Shown piece after piece: positions 53,545 through 64,000 of a stretch of DNA of 64,000 bases (the stretch's first letter is position 1; the number at the start of each line of letters is the position of its first letter). A model generated the notes under the pieces. It made no database searches and was not told the DNA's origin. It was given only the letters and a program-made list of their open reading frames with translations. The stretch comes from an uncultured Phycisphaerales bacterium (lineage in GTDB: Bacteria > Planctomycetota > Phycisphaerae > Tepidisphaerales > Tepidisphaeraceae), in contig CAWBWQ010000001.1 of the NCBI GenBank assembly GCA_963792535.1, positions 416,001-480,000 of the forward strand, given 5' to 3'. A program made the translations under genes and the position numbers.

Positions 53545-53655
53545 CATCGAGCGCAAAAAAAGTTTTATTCCTTCACTAACGTGTCACATCTAAATTAAGA
53601 TGTACAATGAGCCGCCAATGCCGGGCTCGTTGTTTTGTTGCGCACGGAGGTACGA

Positions 53656-55710
53656 ATGAAAAACGTCAACGGTTTGGATTTCAGCAACTTCGGCGCTGAC
53701 CAGCTCGAATCGCTTTTATTACGCGAATGGCTGGGTGTGAACTACCTCGGCGGTTACGCCAGTTCCACCGTGGCCGGTCTCAATACGCGAAAATATCACG
53801 GCCTGCTGGTCGCTGCCATGTCACCCCCGGTTCGTCGGATGGTGCTTTTATCGCGGGTTGAAGAAACTGTCATCTCAGACGGTTGGTCCGATCCGCTGGC
53901 GTGTAACGAATACCCCAATTCCATCTATCCGCGCGGCGATCAGTCGCTGCGCACCTTCAGTCATGACCCGTTTCCGCGCTGGGCCTACCAGGGTCAGAAC
54001 TGGACGATCGAAAAAAGTGTCCAGCTCCTTCGCGGGCAGAATACCGTCGTCATCAGCTACACGCTGCTAGCCGGCGCAAGCTCCACTGCCGTCGAATTGC
54101 AGCTGCGTCCCCTTTTTGCGCTGCGCGACATTCACGATCTCACCTACCAATGGAACGGTCCGTTAACCGCTGAAGAATATAAGGCTGCCCATCACCGCAT
54201 TCCGCCCACCGGGCGAACGCCTGAGGTCTTTTTCGCGCATGACGGGGTCTTCGAACTCGACGCCCATTGGTATCTGAACACGATCTATCGCCGAGAGCAG
54301 GAGCGCGGTTATGCCGGGCTCGAGGATCTTTGGAATCCCGGAATGGTTCGCTGGTCATTGACCCCGGGGCAGACTGTTCACTTTGTGTGCTCGGCGGATC
54401 CCATCACCTTTAAGCAGGCGATTCATCTTGCCGAAACCCAAGGCGCGGCGGACATGCCCGATCACGATGTCCCTGCCGAAGCAACGCCCGAATCCACCTT
54501 GCGGGGCCTTGTCCGGGCAGCGGATCAATTCGTTATCAGCATTCCGCGGGCCGACGGTGAAGTGACCGAATTCGTTGCCTCGCAGTATCCCTGGTCGCCG
54601 CCGTCTCCAAGGCATTCCCTGCTTGGATTCACGGGGCTGTTTCTGATTCCAAAAAAATTCACTGCCGCCAGGACGTTTCTGCTTGGGATGATCGAAAGGC
54701 TTGTCGACGGGCTGCTTCCGTCCGAGCTTTCCGAAGCATCCGGAACGGGCATCTACAAAGGCGTGGACCCATCGCTGTGGTTTATCAACGCGGTCTATCA
54801 ATATCTGCGATACACCGGCGACGCCGAAACGGTGCGTCATCCGCTGCTCGACGCGGTCATGCAGATAATCCAGTGGTATCGCTCGGGCACCACGCTGGGC
54901 ATCCGCGCCGATGTCGACGGCTTGCTCGAGACCGACCAGCCCGGTGTGCCGACAACGTGGATGAACGCGCAGGCGGATGGATGGGTTGTCACTCCGCGCA
55001 GTGGAAAAGCGGTTGAAATAAACGCGCTCTGGTACAACGCGATTTGCATCGCAGCTGAGCTTTGCGAGCGATTTGGCCGCCTCCAGCAGGCCACGGAACT
55101 CACGCAGTTGGCTTCCACCATAAAGGGTTCTTTCAATGTCCGGTTCTGGAACATGAGCAACAACTGCTGCTACGACGTGATCGATCGTCTTGGCGCGGAT
55201 CCATCCGTTCGTCCGAATCAGCTGCTGGCCATTTCGTTACCGTTCCCGGTGTTGGCGGTCAATCGATTTGATGTGGTACTGGAGAAGGTGCGATACGAAC
55301 TGCTGACGCCTTTTGGGCTTCGCAGCCTGTCGCCGAACAATCACAACTATCGCGGCGTTTATGCCGGTGATGTTGTTGCCCGCGACCGCGCTCATCACCA
55401 GGGGTCGGTCTTCCCCTGGTTATTGGGGCCGATGGTGACTGCCTACATGAAGGTGCACGGCCGTGGGGAAGGCGCCCGGCACGAAGCCGAGCAGTTGCTC
55501 GCCGGCTGTCTTCGATATCTGCGAACCACCGGTCAAGGCCAGCTTTGCGAGCTTTTCGACGGCGATAGCCCCCATCGTCCCGGCGGTGCGACCGCCTCGG
55601 CTATCTCTATCGCCGAGGTTTTGCGGTGCTATATCGAAGACGTGAGGGACGAACAACCCTTCCCACCCCGTATCTCGGTCGGAGATGCTGCCCGCGTCGA
55701 GGCGGAATAA
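53656..55710 (+). CDS. glycogen debranching enzyme (amylo-alpha-1,6-glucosidase type)
   Basis: EWL..LGGYASST..NTRKYHGLL, TWMNA..TPRSGKAVEINALWYN, RPNQL, GLRSL; RBS GGAGG. Confidence 0.9.
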   Translation: MKNVNGLDFSNFGADQLESLLLREWLGVNYLGGYASSTVAGLNTRKYHGLLVAAMSPPVRRMVLLSRVEETVISDGWSDPLACNEYPNSIYPRGDQSLRTFSHDPFPRWAYQGQNWTIEKSVQLLRGQNTVVISYTLLAGASSTAVELQLRPLFALRDIHDLTYQWNGPLTAEEYKAAHHRIPPTGRTPEVFFAHDGVFELDAHWYLNTIYRREQERGYAGLEDLWNPGMVRWSLTPGQTVHFVCSADPITFKQAIHLAETQGAADMPDHDVPAEATPESTLRGLVRAADQFVISIPRADGEVTEFVASQYPWSPPSPRHSLLGFTGLFLIPKKFTAARTFLLGMIERLVDGLLPSELSEASGTGIYKGVDPSLWFINAVYQYLRYTGDAETVRHPLLDAVMQIIQWYRSGTTLGIRADVDGLLETDQPGVPTTWMNAQADGWVVTPRSGKAVEINALWYNAICIAAELCERFGRLQQATELTQLASTIKGSFNVRFWNMSNNCCYDVIDRLGADPSVRPNQLLAISLPFPVLAVNRFDVVLEKVRYELLTPFGLRSLSPNNHNYRGVYAGDVVARDRAHHQGSVFPWLLGPMVTAYMKVHGRGEGARHEAEQLLAGCLRYLRTTGQGQLCELFDGDSPHRPGGATASAISIAEVLRCYIEDVRDEQPFPPRISVGDAARVEAE

Positions 55711-55795
55711 GATTGCCCCGCTGTTTCAGCTCAAAATGCTCCCGCGGGGCCGATGTGCGGCATCCCGCCGGGGCATTTCGTCTGCCTGATTCCCG

Positions 55796-55960
55796 TTACA
55801 GCTTTCCAAGCAGCAGCAGGATAATCACCACCACAACGACCAATCCCAGACCGCCGCTGGGGTAATAACCCCAACCGCTGCTGTAGGGCCAGGCAGGCAG
55901 TGTGCCGAGCAAAAGAAGAATAAGAACCACAATTAAGATAGTGCGTGCGAGGCTGTTCAT
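55796..55960 (-). CDS. DUF3309-family small membrane protein (not in ORF track)
   Basis: MNSLARTILIVVLILLLLGTLPAWPYSSGWGYYPSGGLGLVVVVVIILLLLGKL. Confidence 0.85.
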   Translation of the reverse strand: MNSLARTILIVVLILLLLGTLPAWPYSSGWGYYPSGGLGLVVVVVIILLLLGKL

Positions 55961-56082
55961 ACATGCTTTTTACTTCATGCGTTCTTCAGGCGGGAAGGTG
56001 CAAAATATTGCCCGCTTCGAAATCCTGTTTTGCTGGAACAATACGCTCCGGAATTGTTAAGATATGTTCCAACCGAGGTTTT

Positions 56083-56355
56083 ATGGCTCAAGCTAATGTG
56101 GACCCCAATGAACTGCGTCGATTTGCCAGTGACCTGAACCGCTTTAACGGCGAGCTCCAAGCCCTGATGGGCGGCCTGCACGGCCGAATGAGGGGACTGG
56201 AAAACACCTGGCGGGACCAGGAGCAGCGTAAGTTTACCGAAGTGTTCGAGCAGACCCTCAAAGTACTCAATGTCTTTCTCGAAAACTCACACCTGCACGC
56301 GTCATTTCTCTCCAAAAAGGCAAACGCGATCGAGCAGTACCTCAAGCAGCGATAG
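56083..56355 (+). CDS. WXG100-like protein
   Basis: 90 aa helical hairpin, VDPNELRRFA..central W-R-D..AIEQYL. Confidence 0.85.
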   Translation: MAQANVDPNELRRFASDLNRFNGELQALMGGLHGRMRGLENTWRDQEQRKFTEVFEQTLKVLNVFLENSHLHASFLSKKANAIEQYLKQR

Positions 56356-56376
56356 AACGCTTGAAGTGATGATCTA

Positions 56377-57449
56377 ATGGCCGAAGGCGCGAGAATACAT
56401 TCCGTCGATGCGCTGAGCATTTTCCGGGCGGCACTGATTAAGTTCGCCGAGAACGGAAATGTTGCGCTCTCCAGTGCCGACAGTGATATCGATCGCGTTC
56501 TAGGCTGGCTCGAGCGGGATCAACTCAGCTACTGGGCAATGCAGATTCGCAAGCGGCATGAGATCGTCCTGAAATGGGAGGACGCGATCCGGCAGAAAAA
56601 GCTGTACAAAAACATCGACGGCACCACCAAGTCCGCAGTCGACGAACAAAAAGAACTTCAGCGCGCAAGCGCGCTGAAGACGAAGCCCGCCAGAAAGAAG
56701 TGACTGTGAAAAAAGCCATCATGCACCTCCGCAAAGAGGCCATGATGTACAAAGGCCGGGTGCAGCGACTGGCGACATTTCTGCAATCCGATATTCCCGC
56801 AGCAGTCCGGAGCCTGGACAATATGCTTACGCACCTGGAAGCCTATCTTCAGGTGCAAACCGCCGGGCAGGGGGTCAGCCTCGGTGAAGGAGCCGAAACT
56901 ATTTCGCGGGCCGCTGCCAGCGAAAAAGTCGGGCTCGAACGCTTTCGCTCGAGAACGCCGACTGCCGAGCAGCGCCGGGCGGCACCGTTCGCGCTCGTCA
57001 CCGCCGATCATGCCATCCATCAACCGTGGAAGCCGGGAACCATGCAGGAATGGCAATCCACGGCCCTCGCCGGACTGGCGATCGATCGGCAGCTTCCAGA
57101 CCCAGAGTCGCGCATTATTCTTTTACCCGAGGTCGGGCAAAGCGAGCGTGTTTATCTTGAACGATTAGAGCCCTCCTCAGATCAGGATTCGGGTTGGTAT
57201 GTCGGGTCCGCGGAGGAAAATGCCGCAGCAGTCGATCCGGAAAAGTTGATTGCTGTTCGATTGGGAGATCTGGTAGCCGCCCGGAATGATCTTTCAGATC
57301 TGCTCGGATTGCCCACCGGCACGCTGATCATAATGGACGCCGGAGGCCCGGCTGCTATTTTCGATCCGCTCGGCCTGGACCTATGGGCGCTGGCACTGAT
57401 TAAAGCGGCGGAGCCGGCACCGGCGCCGGCAAGAGACGGTTGCAACATA
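56377..57449 (+). CDS. coiled-coil protein fused to Imm33/DUF2185-like domain (indels near 56667 and 57430)
   Basis: Helical N-half; C-half YLERLEPSSDQDSGWYVG..LLGLPTG; end coordinate inferred. Confidence 0.6.
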
Positions 57450-57459
57450 AAGGACAAAC

Positions 57460-57672
57460 ATGGGCCTGCAGGAAAGCCGCGGAAAAGTGAGCCGGAGTAT
57501 CCAGGATCTGATGGCTGCCTGGTCCAGCACCCAGATGCATTGGAACGACGGAAACAGCCAGAAGTTTGAGGAGAATTTTTTGAAGCCGCTCGAAAAAGAC
57601 GTCCGGGTCGCAACCAGCGCGATGGACGAAATGGCGTCGCTGTTGTCGCAGATCAAACGAGAATGTGAATAA
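57460..57672 (+). CDS. short WXG100-like protein
   Basis: 70 aa helical, central W-N-D..KFEENFL; RBS AAGGA. Confidence 0.7.
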   Translation: MGLQESRGKVSRSIQDLMAAWSSTQMHWNDGNSQKFEENFLKPLEKDVRVATSAMDEMASLLSQIKRECE

Positions 57673-57811
57673 TCAGATCCCGGCATTTCACCGGGCAACC
57701 CGGCATGCGTGAAAAAAGGGCCGTGAAAAAAGCCCTTCGGAACGCCCGGGAAATTTCGCAAGACGCACGTGCTAGTTGATTGGCTTTCAGCAGGAATTGA
57801 GAACAAAATAG

Positions 57812-60800
57812 ATGCCACCACCGGTGTTACCATCCCTCGACTTTGCCAACGACTTCCTCGCTCCGATTCCGCCGGCTGCAGCTGAATTATCCGCCGGCGG
57901 CATACCCGCTGATGCGCCGACACCGGCCGGCCCGCGGACGGGTCGTGATGTGCAGCGCAGTGCGCTGAGAGATTTGATTGCGTTGGCGGCCGATTGCGCT
58001 GCCACCGAATCCGATGTCGAGCGCGAGTATCGCACGGGCAGAGAAAACCAGACCAGGGCGTTCGGCGATCGAAATTTCGAGATCGACCAGACCCATAAGC
58101 AGCAGCACGAGGAAACCAACCAGAAGCACCAGGCGCGCCTCGCTGAACTAGCCAATCAGTATAAAGCCGAGCGCAGCAAGATCGCTGCGACCGACAAAGC
58201 GGTTAAGAAAAAAATCGAAGATGAGTGCGCGTCGATCGAGGAAAAGCTCCGGAAGAAATACGACGATGCGGTCTGGCTTGCCGACGGCGTTCTGGAAGTT
58301 GCCAACGGGCAGGCCGGGCGGGCATTCAAGGAAAAAAGCGAAGCCGTACAAAGTGCGCGGGAAGACCTGAATGGCTTAGAAGTGCGTGCCGCCGGTCTGG
58401 TCCAGCAATATGGGGTTGCTCTGCCGCAAGACGCGGTGACCACCGAGCTTGATCCGACCATCGCGACCGATGCCGATTCCGCGTTCACCGCGCATCGCCA
58501 GGCGCTGGAGCAACTGGTCAACCGCCTGGGCAAGATGCCGATCGCTAATTTGTTTGTCGGTGGGCGTCCCTATTTTCTGGCCATTATTCTAACGCTGCTT
58601 ACCGCCGCCGCGGTGCAGTTTCAGAACAAGCAGGTCGAACCGAAGTGGGATCAACTGGCGATCTACGCCGGTGGTGTGCTGGGCGTATACATCCTTCTGG
58701 CGATAATTCTTCGGGTCATTGCAACGCGGCAGGTTCGCGCGGTGCATACGCCTATTCGCATCGAGCTACTGCAGGTACATCATGCGGCCGAGCAGCAACT
58801 GGTCAATGCTGCCCAGAAGCGCCAGCAGGACATGCAGGCCGCGTTGCTGGCCCGCAACACGGAGGTGCAATCCGCCAAGGATCAGATCGCGCCGTTCATC
58901 GCCAAAGCGATGCAAAAGCGGGCGACAGACCTTGCCACCGCGCAATCCGACGCCGCGCAGAAGCTTGCGCGTATCGACAAGATTCGCGATAGCGCTAACG
59001 CCGAGACCAACGAATGGCTTCGCCGGCAGTTGCATGATCTGGACCATAAGCGCGAGAGGGACCTGAAGGAAAATAAACTCAAGAACAGCCTCAGCGAAAA
59101 AGAGATAGAGCAGCGTTATCGCGATCGTCGGGCAGAACTGGAACAGCGCTGGGCGACAGGCCTGCGGCAAATTCAGAGCCCATCGATCTGGACGGGCAGG
59201 GTGTTCCCACCGCATACGACTGGAACGATCCGGCTTGGAACACCTGGATTCCTTCCCGGCGATTCGCATCGCGCATCGCGCTTTGCGGAGATGCAGGTGG
59301 ACCTGAAGGAAATCGCCGAGAACGTGCCGCAGAAACTGAACCTGCCCGCCACCTTTCCGCTGCCGGCGGTGCTGGCGTTTCCGGCCAATGCATCGCTTCT
59401 TATTCATACCGACCAGGCCGGGCGACCTGAAGCGATCCGCACGTTGCAGATGGTAATGGCTCGTCTTCTCAGCGGTCTTCCCGCCGGTCGCGTGCGCTTT
59501 ACGATCATCGATCCGGTGGGGCTTGGGCAAAACTTCGCCGGCTTCATGCACCTGTCTGACTATGACGACGCATTGGTCGGCGGCCGCATCTGGACCAGCC
59601 AGGAACAGATCGACCAGAAGCTCACGAATCTGGCCGAGCACATGGAAACGGTCATCCAGAAATATCTTCGCAACGAGTTTGAAACGATTGATGATTACAA
59701 CGCGCAGGCGGGCGAACTGGCCGAGCCGTACCGGTTTCTGGTGATCGCGGACCTGCCGACGAACTTTTCCGCCGAAGCGTTTCGCCGCCTCAACAGCATC
59801 GCCTCGAGCGGCGCACGCTGCGGGGTTTATACGCTCATCAGCCGCGACGTGCGCCAGCCTATTCCGGCCGGGTCCCACCTCGACGAATTAAAAGCCCACA
59901 GTGTGAATCTGATCCGCCAGGATGATCGGTTTGTGTGGGATGATGAAGTTTTCCGCCGATTGCCACTCACGCTCGATGCGCCGCCCACGGAAGACCAGCT
60001 GACGAAGATTCTGCACAAGGTGGGGGCAGGCGCGAAAGAGGCCAAGCGTGTTGAGGTGCCTTTTGCGGTGATTGCTCCACCGGATGGAAAAATGTGGACC
60101 GGGAGCACCGCCGCCGAGCTGGATGTGATGGTCGGACGGCTTGGCGCGAACCGGTTCCAATCCTTAAGACTCGGCAAGGGAACATCCCAGCACGTGCTGA
60201 TCGCCGGCAAAACCGGGTCGGGTAAATCGACGTTGATGCACGCGATGATCACCAACTCCGCGCTGTGGTATTCGCCGGATGAGGTGGAGTTGTACCTGGT
60301 CGACTTTAAGAAAGGTGTGGAATTTAAGACCTACGCTCACAATCTGCTGCCGCACGCGCGGGCGATCGCCGTTGAAAGCGATCGGGAATTCGGGCTTAGT
60401 TTGTTGAACCGTTTGGATCTGGAACTGGCGCGGCGCGGCGAATTGTTTCGCAAGGCCGGTGTGCAGGATCTGATATCCTATCGCCAGACGAGCACGCCGC
60501 AGGTCGTGCCGCGCACGCTGCTTATTATCGACGAGTTCCAGGAATTTTTCACCGAGGATGACAAACTCGCGCAGGAGGCGGCACTGTTGATCGAGCGCCT
60601 TGTCCGGCAGGGGCGCGCGTTTGGCATGCATGTTTTACTTGGAAGTCAGACCATCGGTGGCGCTGGTGGATTGCCGCGCGCGGTGCTGGGCCAGTTCGCC
60701 GTGCGAATCGCATTGCAGACAACCGAGGCGGACAGCCAATTGATTTTAGGTGATAACAATTCCGCGGCGCGGCTGCTGTCGCGCCCGGCGAGGCAATCTA

Positions 60801-61808
60801 CAACGATGCCGGTGGGGCGGTCGAGGGAAACAGCCCATTTCAGGTAGCGTACCTTTCTGACAAGGCCCGCGACGTATATCTGGCCGATCTTGCGAGCAAG
60901 GCCAAGCCGTACTTCGAGCGGTTTGGTTATCCCATCGTGTTTGAAGGCAACGCACCAGCGGACATTCAGCGCAATGCAAAGTTAGCGTCGTTGCTGGATG
61001 CCGCAGCGTGGCCGGCGCAGGTCGGATCTGCCGGCGCAGGGTTGGATGGGTGAACCGGTTGCGATTAAAGACCCGACCGCCATCGCGTTCAGGCGTCAGG
61101 CCGGGGCGAATGCACTGATTGTAGGTCAGGCGGACGAGCAGTCTGTCGCGGTTGTCGCTGCGATGATGACAAGTATTGCGGCTCAGCAATCACCCGCGCA
61201 GGCATCGTTTGTTGTATTCGACGGAACCGCCAGCGACAGCCCGCTGTTTGGCACGCTGGAAAAGGTAAGGGCCGCATTGCCGCATGAAATTAAGATGATC
61301 GATTTCCGCACGACCGTCGACGCGATTGATGAACTTGCGCAGCAAGTGTCCAGCCGGCAAAGCAGTGAGACCGCTGGGCCCTCGATCTATGTGATTGTGT
61401 ACGGCCTGCAGCGTTACCGAGCGCCTGCGCAAGCAGGAAGATGATTACAGTTTTGCCAGCAGCGACGAACCGAAAAAAGCCAAGCCGGATAAACAGTTTG
61501 CCGAGATTCTTCGCGAAGGACCCAACGTGGGGGTGCATGTCATCGTTTGGGCGGACACGCTCGTTTCCATTGATCGCACGTTCGACCGCGGCACGATGCG
61601 TGAGTTCGACAATCGCGTGCTTTTCCAGATGAGCGCCGCCGATTCAAGCAATCTGATCGACTCGCCAAATGCCAATAAGCTTGGGTATCACAAGGCGCTG
61701 GTCTACAGCGAAGAGCAGGGTGTCATGGAACGATTCAGGCCGTACGCACTGCCCGATATAAATTGGCTGTCGCTCGTAAAGCAGAAACTCGTCGATCGCA
61801 CCCGGTGA
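57812..61808 (+). CDS. FtsK/SpoIIIE-family (EssC/EccC-like) membrane ATPase, split by indels
   Basis: Coiled coil, 2 TM, degenerate RecA-like domain, AGKTGSGKS / LVDFKKG / IIDEFQE / RQGRAFG, third degenerate domain; about 1330 aa joined. Confidence 0.85.
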
Positions 61809-61853
61809 ACGGCAACTGGAGATTGCACGCAAACCCGTCAACAGGTAACCCAC

Positions 61854-62831
61854 ATGAACTATCGCGCATTAGGCACGTCCGACGTCAAAGTTTCCGAGAT
61901 CAGTTTTGGCTGCTGGACAATGGGAGGCCTCAACTGGGTCAATGGTTCGCCAAACGGCTGGGCCAATGTCGATGAGGACGACATCACCGCGGGAATCAAG
62001 CTGGCGATCGAGAAGGGGGTTAATCATTTCGACAATGCCGATGTATACGGCAACGGTAAAGCCGAGCGGATGCTTGCCCGCGTTTTTGCGCGACTGGGTG
62101 TGAAATCAACCGATTTTATTGTTGCCAGCAAGGTCGGTCACTTCCCTGGAACAGCCGACAATGCTTATGAGCCGGCACATATCCGGCACCAGTGCGAGCA
62201 ATCGCTGATTAATCTCAAGCGGGATTATCTGGATATTTACTATTTCCATCATGGCAATTTTGGCCCGGAAGATCGCTACCTGCCCCAGGCGGCCGACACG
62301 CTGGACCGATTGGTTGCTGAGGGAAAGGTGCGTATCAAAGGGCAGTCCGCGTATTCAGCCGCCGACTTTGAAAAGACAATTCCCATCGTGAAGCCTCAAT
62401 GCCTGCAGAGTTGGGCGCACGCACTCGACGATCAGTTTGTGCGTCCCGGATCGCCGGTGAATAAGTTGATGGAAAAATACAATCTGACGTTTGTTGCCTT
62501 CAGTCCCTTAGCGCAGGCAAGGCTTTTGGACAAGTTTGATCCCACGCATCCGCCGCAGTTCGAGCCAGGCGACCATCGAAAAGATTCCAAGTCTTTTTCG
62601 ACGCAGGCGATTGCTGAGCTAAAACCAAAGTTGCAGCATCTCAAAGCGCGCTTCGGCGGCACAACAGAAGATCTGGCGGCGGTTGCGCTGAATTACATTC
62701 TCGCCCAGCCACGGGTTGCGTGTGTGATTCCTGGTTTCCGCAATGAGCGACAGGCGCGATGCAACTTGGCCGCCGACGGACGAACGCTGAGCACTGAGGA
62801 CATTGCTTTTGTCCGAAACACGCTGGCCTGA
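61854..62831 (+). CDS. aldo/keto reductase
   Basis: VSEISFGCW, FDNADVYG, SLINLKRDYLDIY, FSPLA. Confidence 0.92.
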   Translation: MNYRALGTSDVKVSEISFGCWTMGGLNWVNGSPNGWANVDEDDITAGIKLAIEKGVNHFDNADVYGNGKAERMLARVFARLGVKSTDFIVASKVGHFPGTADNAYEPAHIRHQCEQSLINLKRDYLDIYYFHHGNFGPEDRYLPQAADTLDRLVAEGKVRIKGQSAYSAADFEKTIPIVKPQCLQSWAHALDDQFVRPGSPVNKLMEKYNLTFVAFSPLAQARLLDKFDPTHPPQFEPGDHRKDSKSFSTQAIAELKPKLQHLKARFGGTTEDLAAVALNYILAQPRVACVIPGFRNERQARCNLAADGRTLSTEDIAFVRNTLA

Positions 62832-62921
62832 AGGTTTGAATTAGTTGGATGCCGACGGGTCGGGCATTGAAAAAATGATGTGGCACACACTCGGCGGCGC
62901 GTCGGCGTCAGGACGGCGATT

Positions 62922-63200
62922 TCAGTTCGACGCGGTATCGATCCAGTTGGTTAGCGGCGTGCCGATGGGAGCCAGAGGGGAAAGTTGCAGTTCCTGTTTT
63001 CCAACAGCGGCTCGCAAGGCGGGGGGCGCGGTCAGGCTTGCGATCTGCAACTGCTGGTTCCACAGGCGAGCCTGCCGTGATTCGATTGCGTTGTGCAGTT
63101 GGCTGGTCTGATGACTCAACTCCAGCCGCTGCTGGCGCAGCTGCATCAGGCAGGCGGCAGTTGCCATCGTGGCCAGAAGGCAAAGAAGTAATTTAATCAT
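62922..63200 (-). CDS. small membrane-anchored coiled-coil protein
   Basis: N-terminal hydrophobic helix then Q/L-rich heptads. Confidence 0.6.
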   Translation of the reverse strand: MIKLLLCLLATMATAACLMQLRQQRLELSHQTSQLHNAIESRQARLWNQQLQIASLTAPPALRAAVGKQELQLSPLAPIGTPLTNWIDTASN

Positions 63201-63237
63201 GGCTTGTCCACCGTCGCGTCGGGGATATGTAAAAGAA

Positions 63238-64000
63238 TCAGTCCGCTTTTGCGGGCAGCTTCAATTTCATATTGGGTCGGACCCTGTCACTACCGTTGAG
63301 CACTGATTCGTTTAAAGCCTCGATGGCGGCCACTGCGCTGGATGTTCCCACCTGGTCCATCGCGATTGACCAGAGCGTGTCGTTCGGTTGCACGACATAC
63401 ACAACTGATTTATCCACGGCGGGGGCTTCCGCTGCCGGCACTGCTGGAGTCGCCACAGAAACCAGTTTGTTTCGGCTATTTCCCAAAAGCGGGATGACAT
63501 AGCTCTCACCGGCGACGACAAGATCACGATTTTCCGCAAGACTGGGATTGGCGGCCACGATGGCGTCGCGATTGGCTTTGCATCCCGAGCCATACGCTTT
63601 GCGTGCAATGAGTCCCAGCGAGTCGCCGGGTTGGGCCTGATAGGTTCGTGCGACCAGTTTCGCCGGCGCGGGCGACGGCTGGGGATCTGCCGGAGCCGCA
63701 GGATTGATCGGTGGAATGACGGCGCCCGGACCGACCGCGACGAGTTGTTCACCGTTCTGTTCCGCGGCCTGGCGAAGCCGCTGGGAAATTGTAACCGACG
63801 GGTTTGTCGGGGCGGTCGGGGTGATGGCGCTGCGCTGCGGCGACGTGCTTGAACGTTCAACGAACCGCACCGGCGGCTGGGCGTCACGATGATTCAGTTC
63901 AGCGGTGATCACCACTGGCTGACTCGGTGTAATGACAGACGGCGCACGAAGCACCGGAGCAACATCATCATTGCCGGGTTCACCCAGCCCCGATCGCAGT
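63238..64000 (-). CDS. LysM domain protein (5' end outside window)
   Basis: Two LysM repeats: YQAQPGDSLGLIARKAYG and YVVQPNDTLWSIA. Confidence 0.85.
   Translation of the reverse strand, partial: LRSGLGEPGNDDVAPVLRAPSVITPSQPVVITAELNHRDAQPPVRFVERSSTSPQRSAITPTAPTNPSVTISQRLRQAAEQNGEQLVAVGPGAVIPPINPAAPADPQPSPAPAKLVARTYQAQPGDSLGLIARKAYGSGCKANRDAIVAANPSLAENRDLVVAGESYVIPLLGNSRNKLVSVATPAVPAAEAPAVDKSVVYVVQPNDTLWSIAMDQVGTSSAVAAIEALNESVLNGSDRVRPNMKLKLPAKAD

Noticed and set aside
5446..61808. Many frameshifted genes (PEPCK, GH3, surface protein, fliP, flhB, flhG, comEC, FtsK) read as pseudogenes or programmed recoding
   Set aside because: Indels are scattered, often in homopolymers, with no in-frame decay; this fits long-read consensus error. 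It cannot be settled without reads.

Overview
A 64 kb GC-rich bacterial chromosomal window. Gene content (LEPR-XLL-type surface protein, ISKra4, flagellar operon layout) suggests a Planctomycete, probably Phycisphaerae/Tepidisphaerales-like; this is inference. Scattered single-base indels split many conserved genes and look like long-read assembly errors. From left to right: (1) the end of an integron-type cassette array (attC sites at about 40, 557/3386, 3795 and 4178; no integrase in the window). Two attC sites were invaded at the same position by IS110/IS1111-type elements. Their shared non-coding end carries a covarying two-loop RNA whose loop sequences match the attC target and the IS end, a candidate bridge/seekRNA; one copy has no transposase. 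(2) Core genes: PPi-PEPCK, tig, hisS, recQ, GH3, plus an ISKra4. (3) A ~5.9 kb integrase-less island in tRNA-Arg(CCT) that duplicates the 5' half of the tRNA and carries an IS3-disrupted NDT/TIR-like gene. (4) A giant Ig/FN3 surface protein divergent from a flagellar export operon (fliL..fliA), with back-to-back sigma28-like promoters between them. (5) comEC, gltA, gatC, rpmB, purD and others. (6) A compact type VII-like locus (two WXG100-like proteins, a coiled-coil/Imm33-like fusion and an FtsK/EssC-like ATPase) in an apparently diderm organism.
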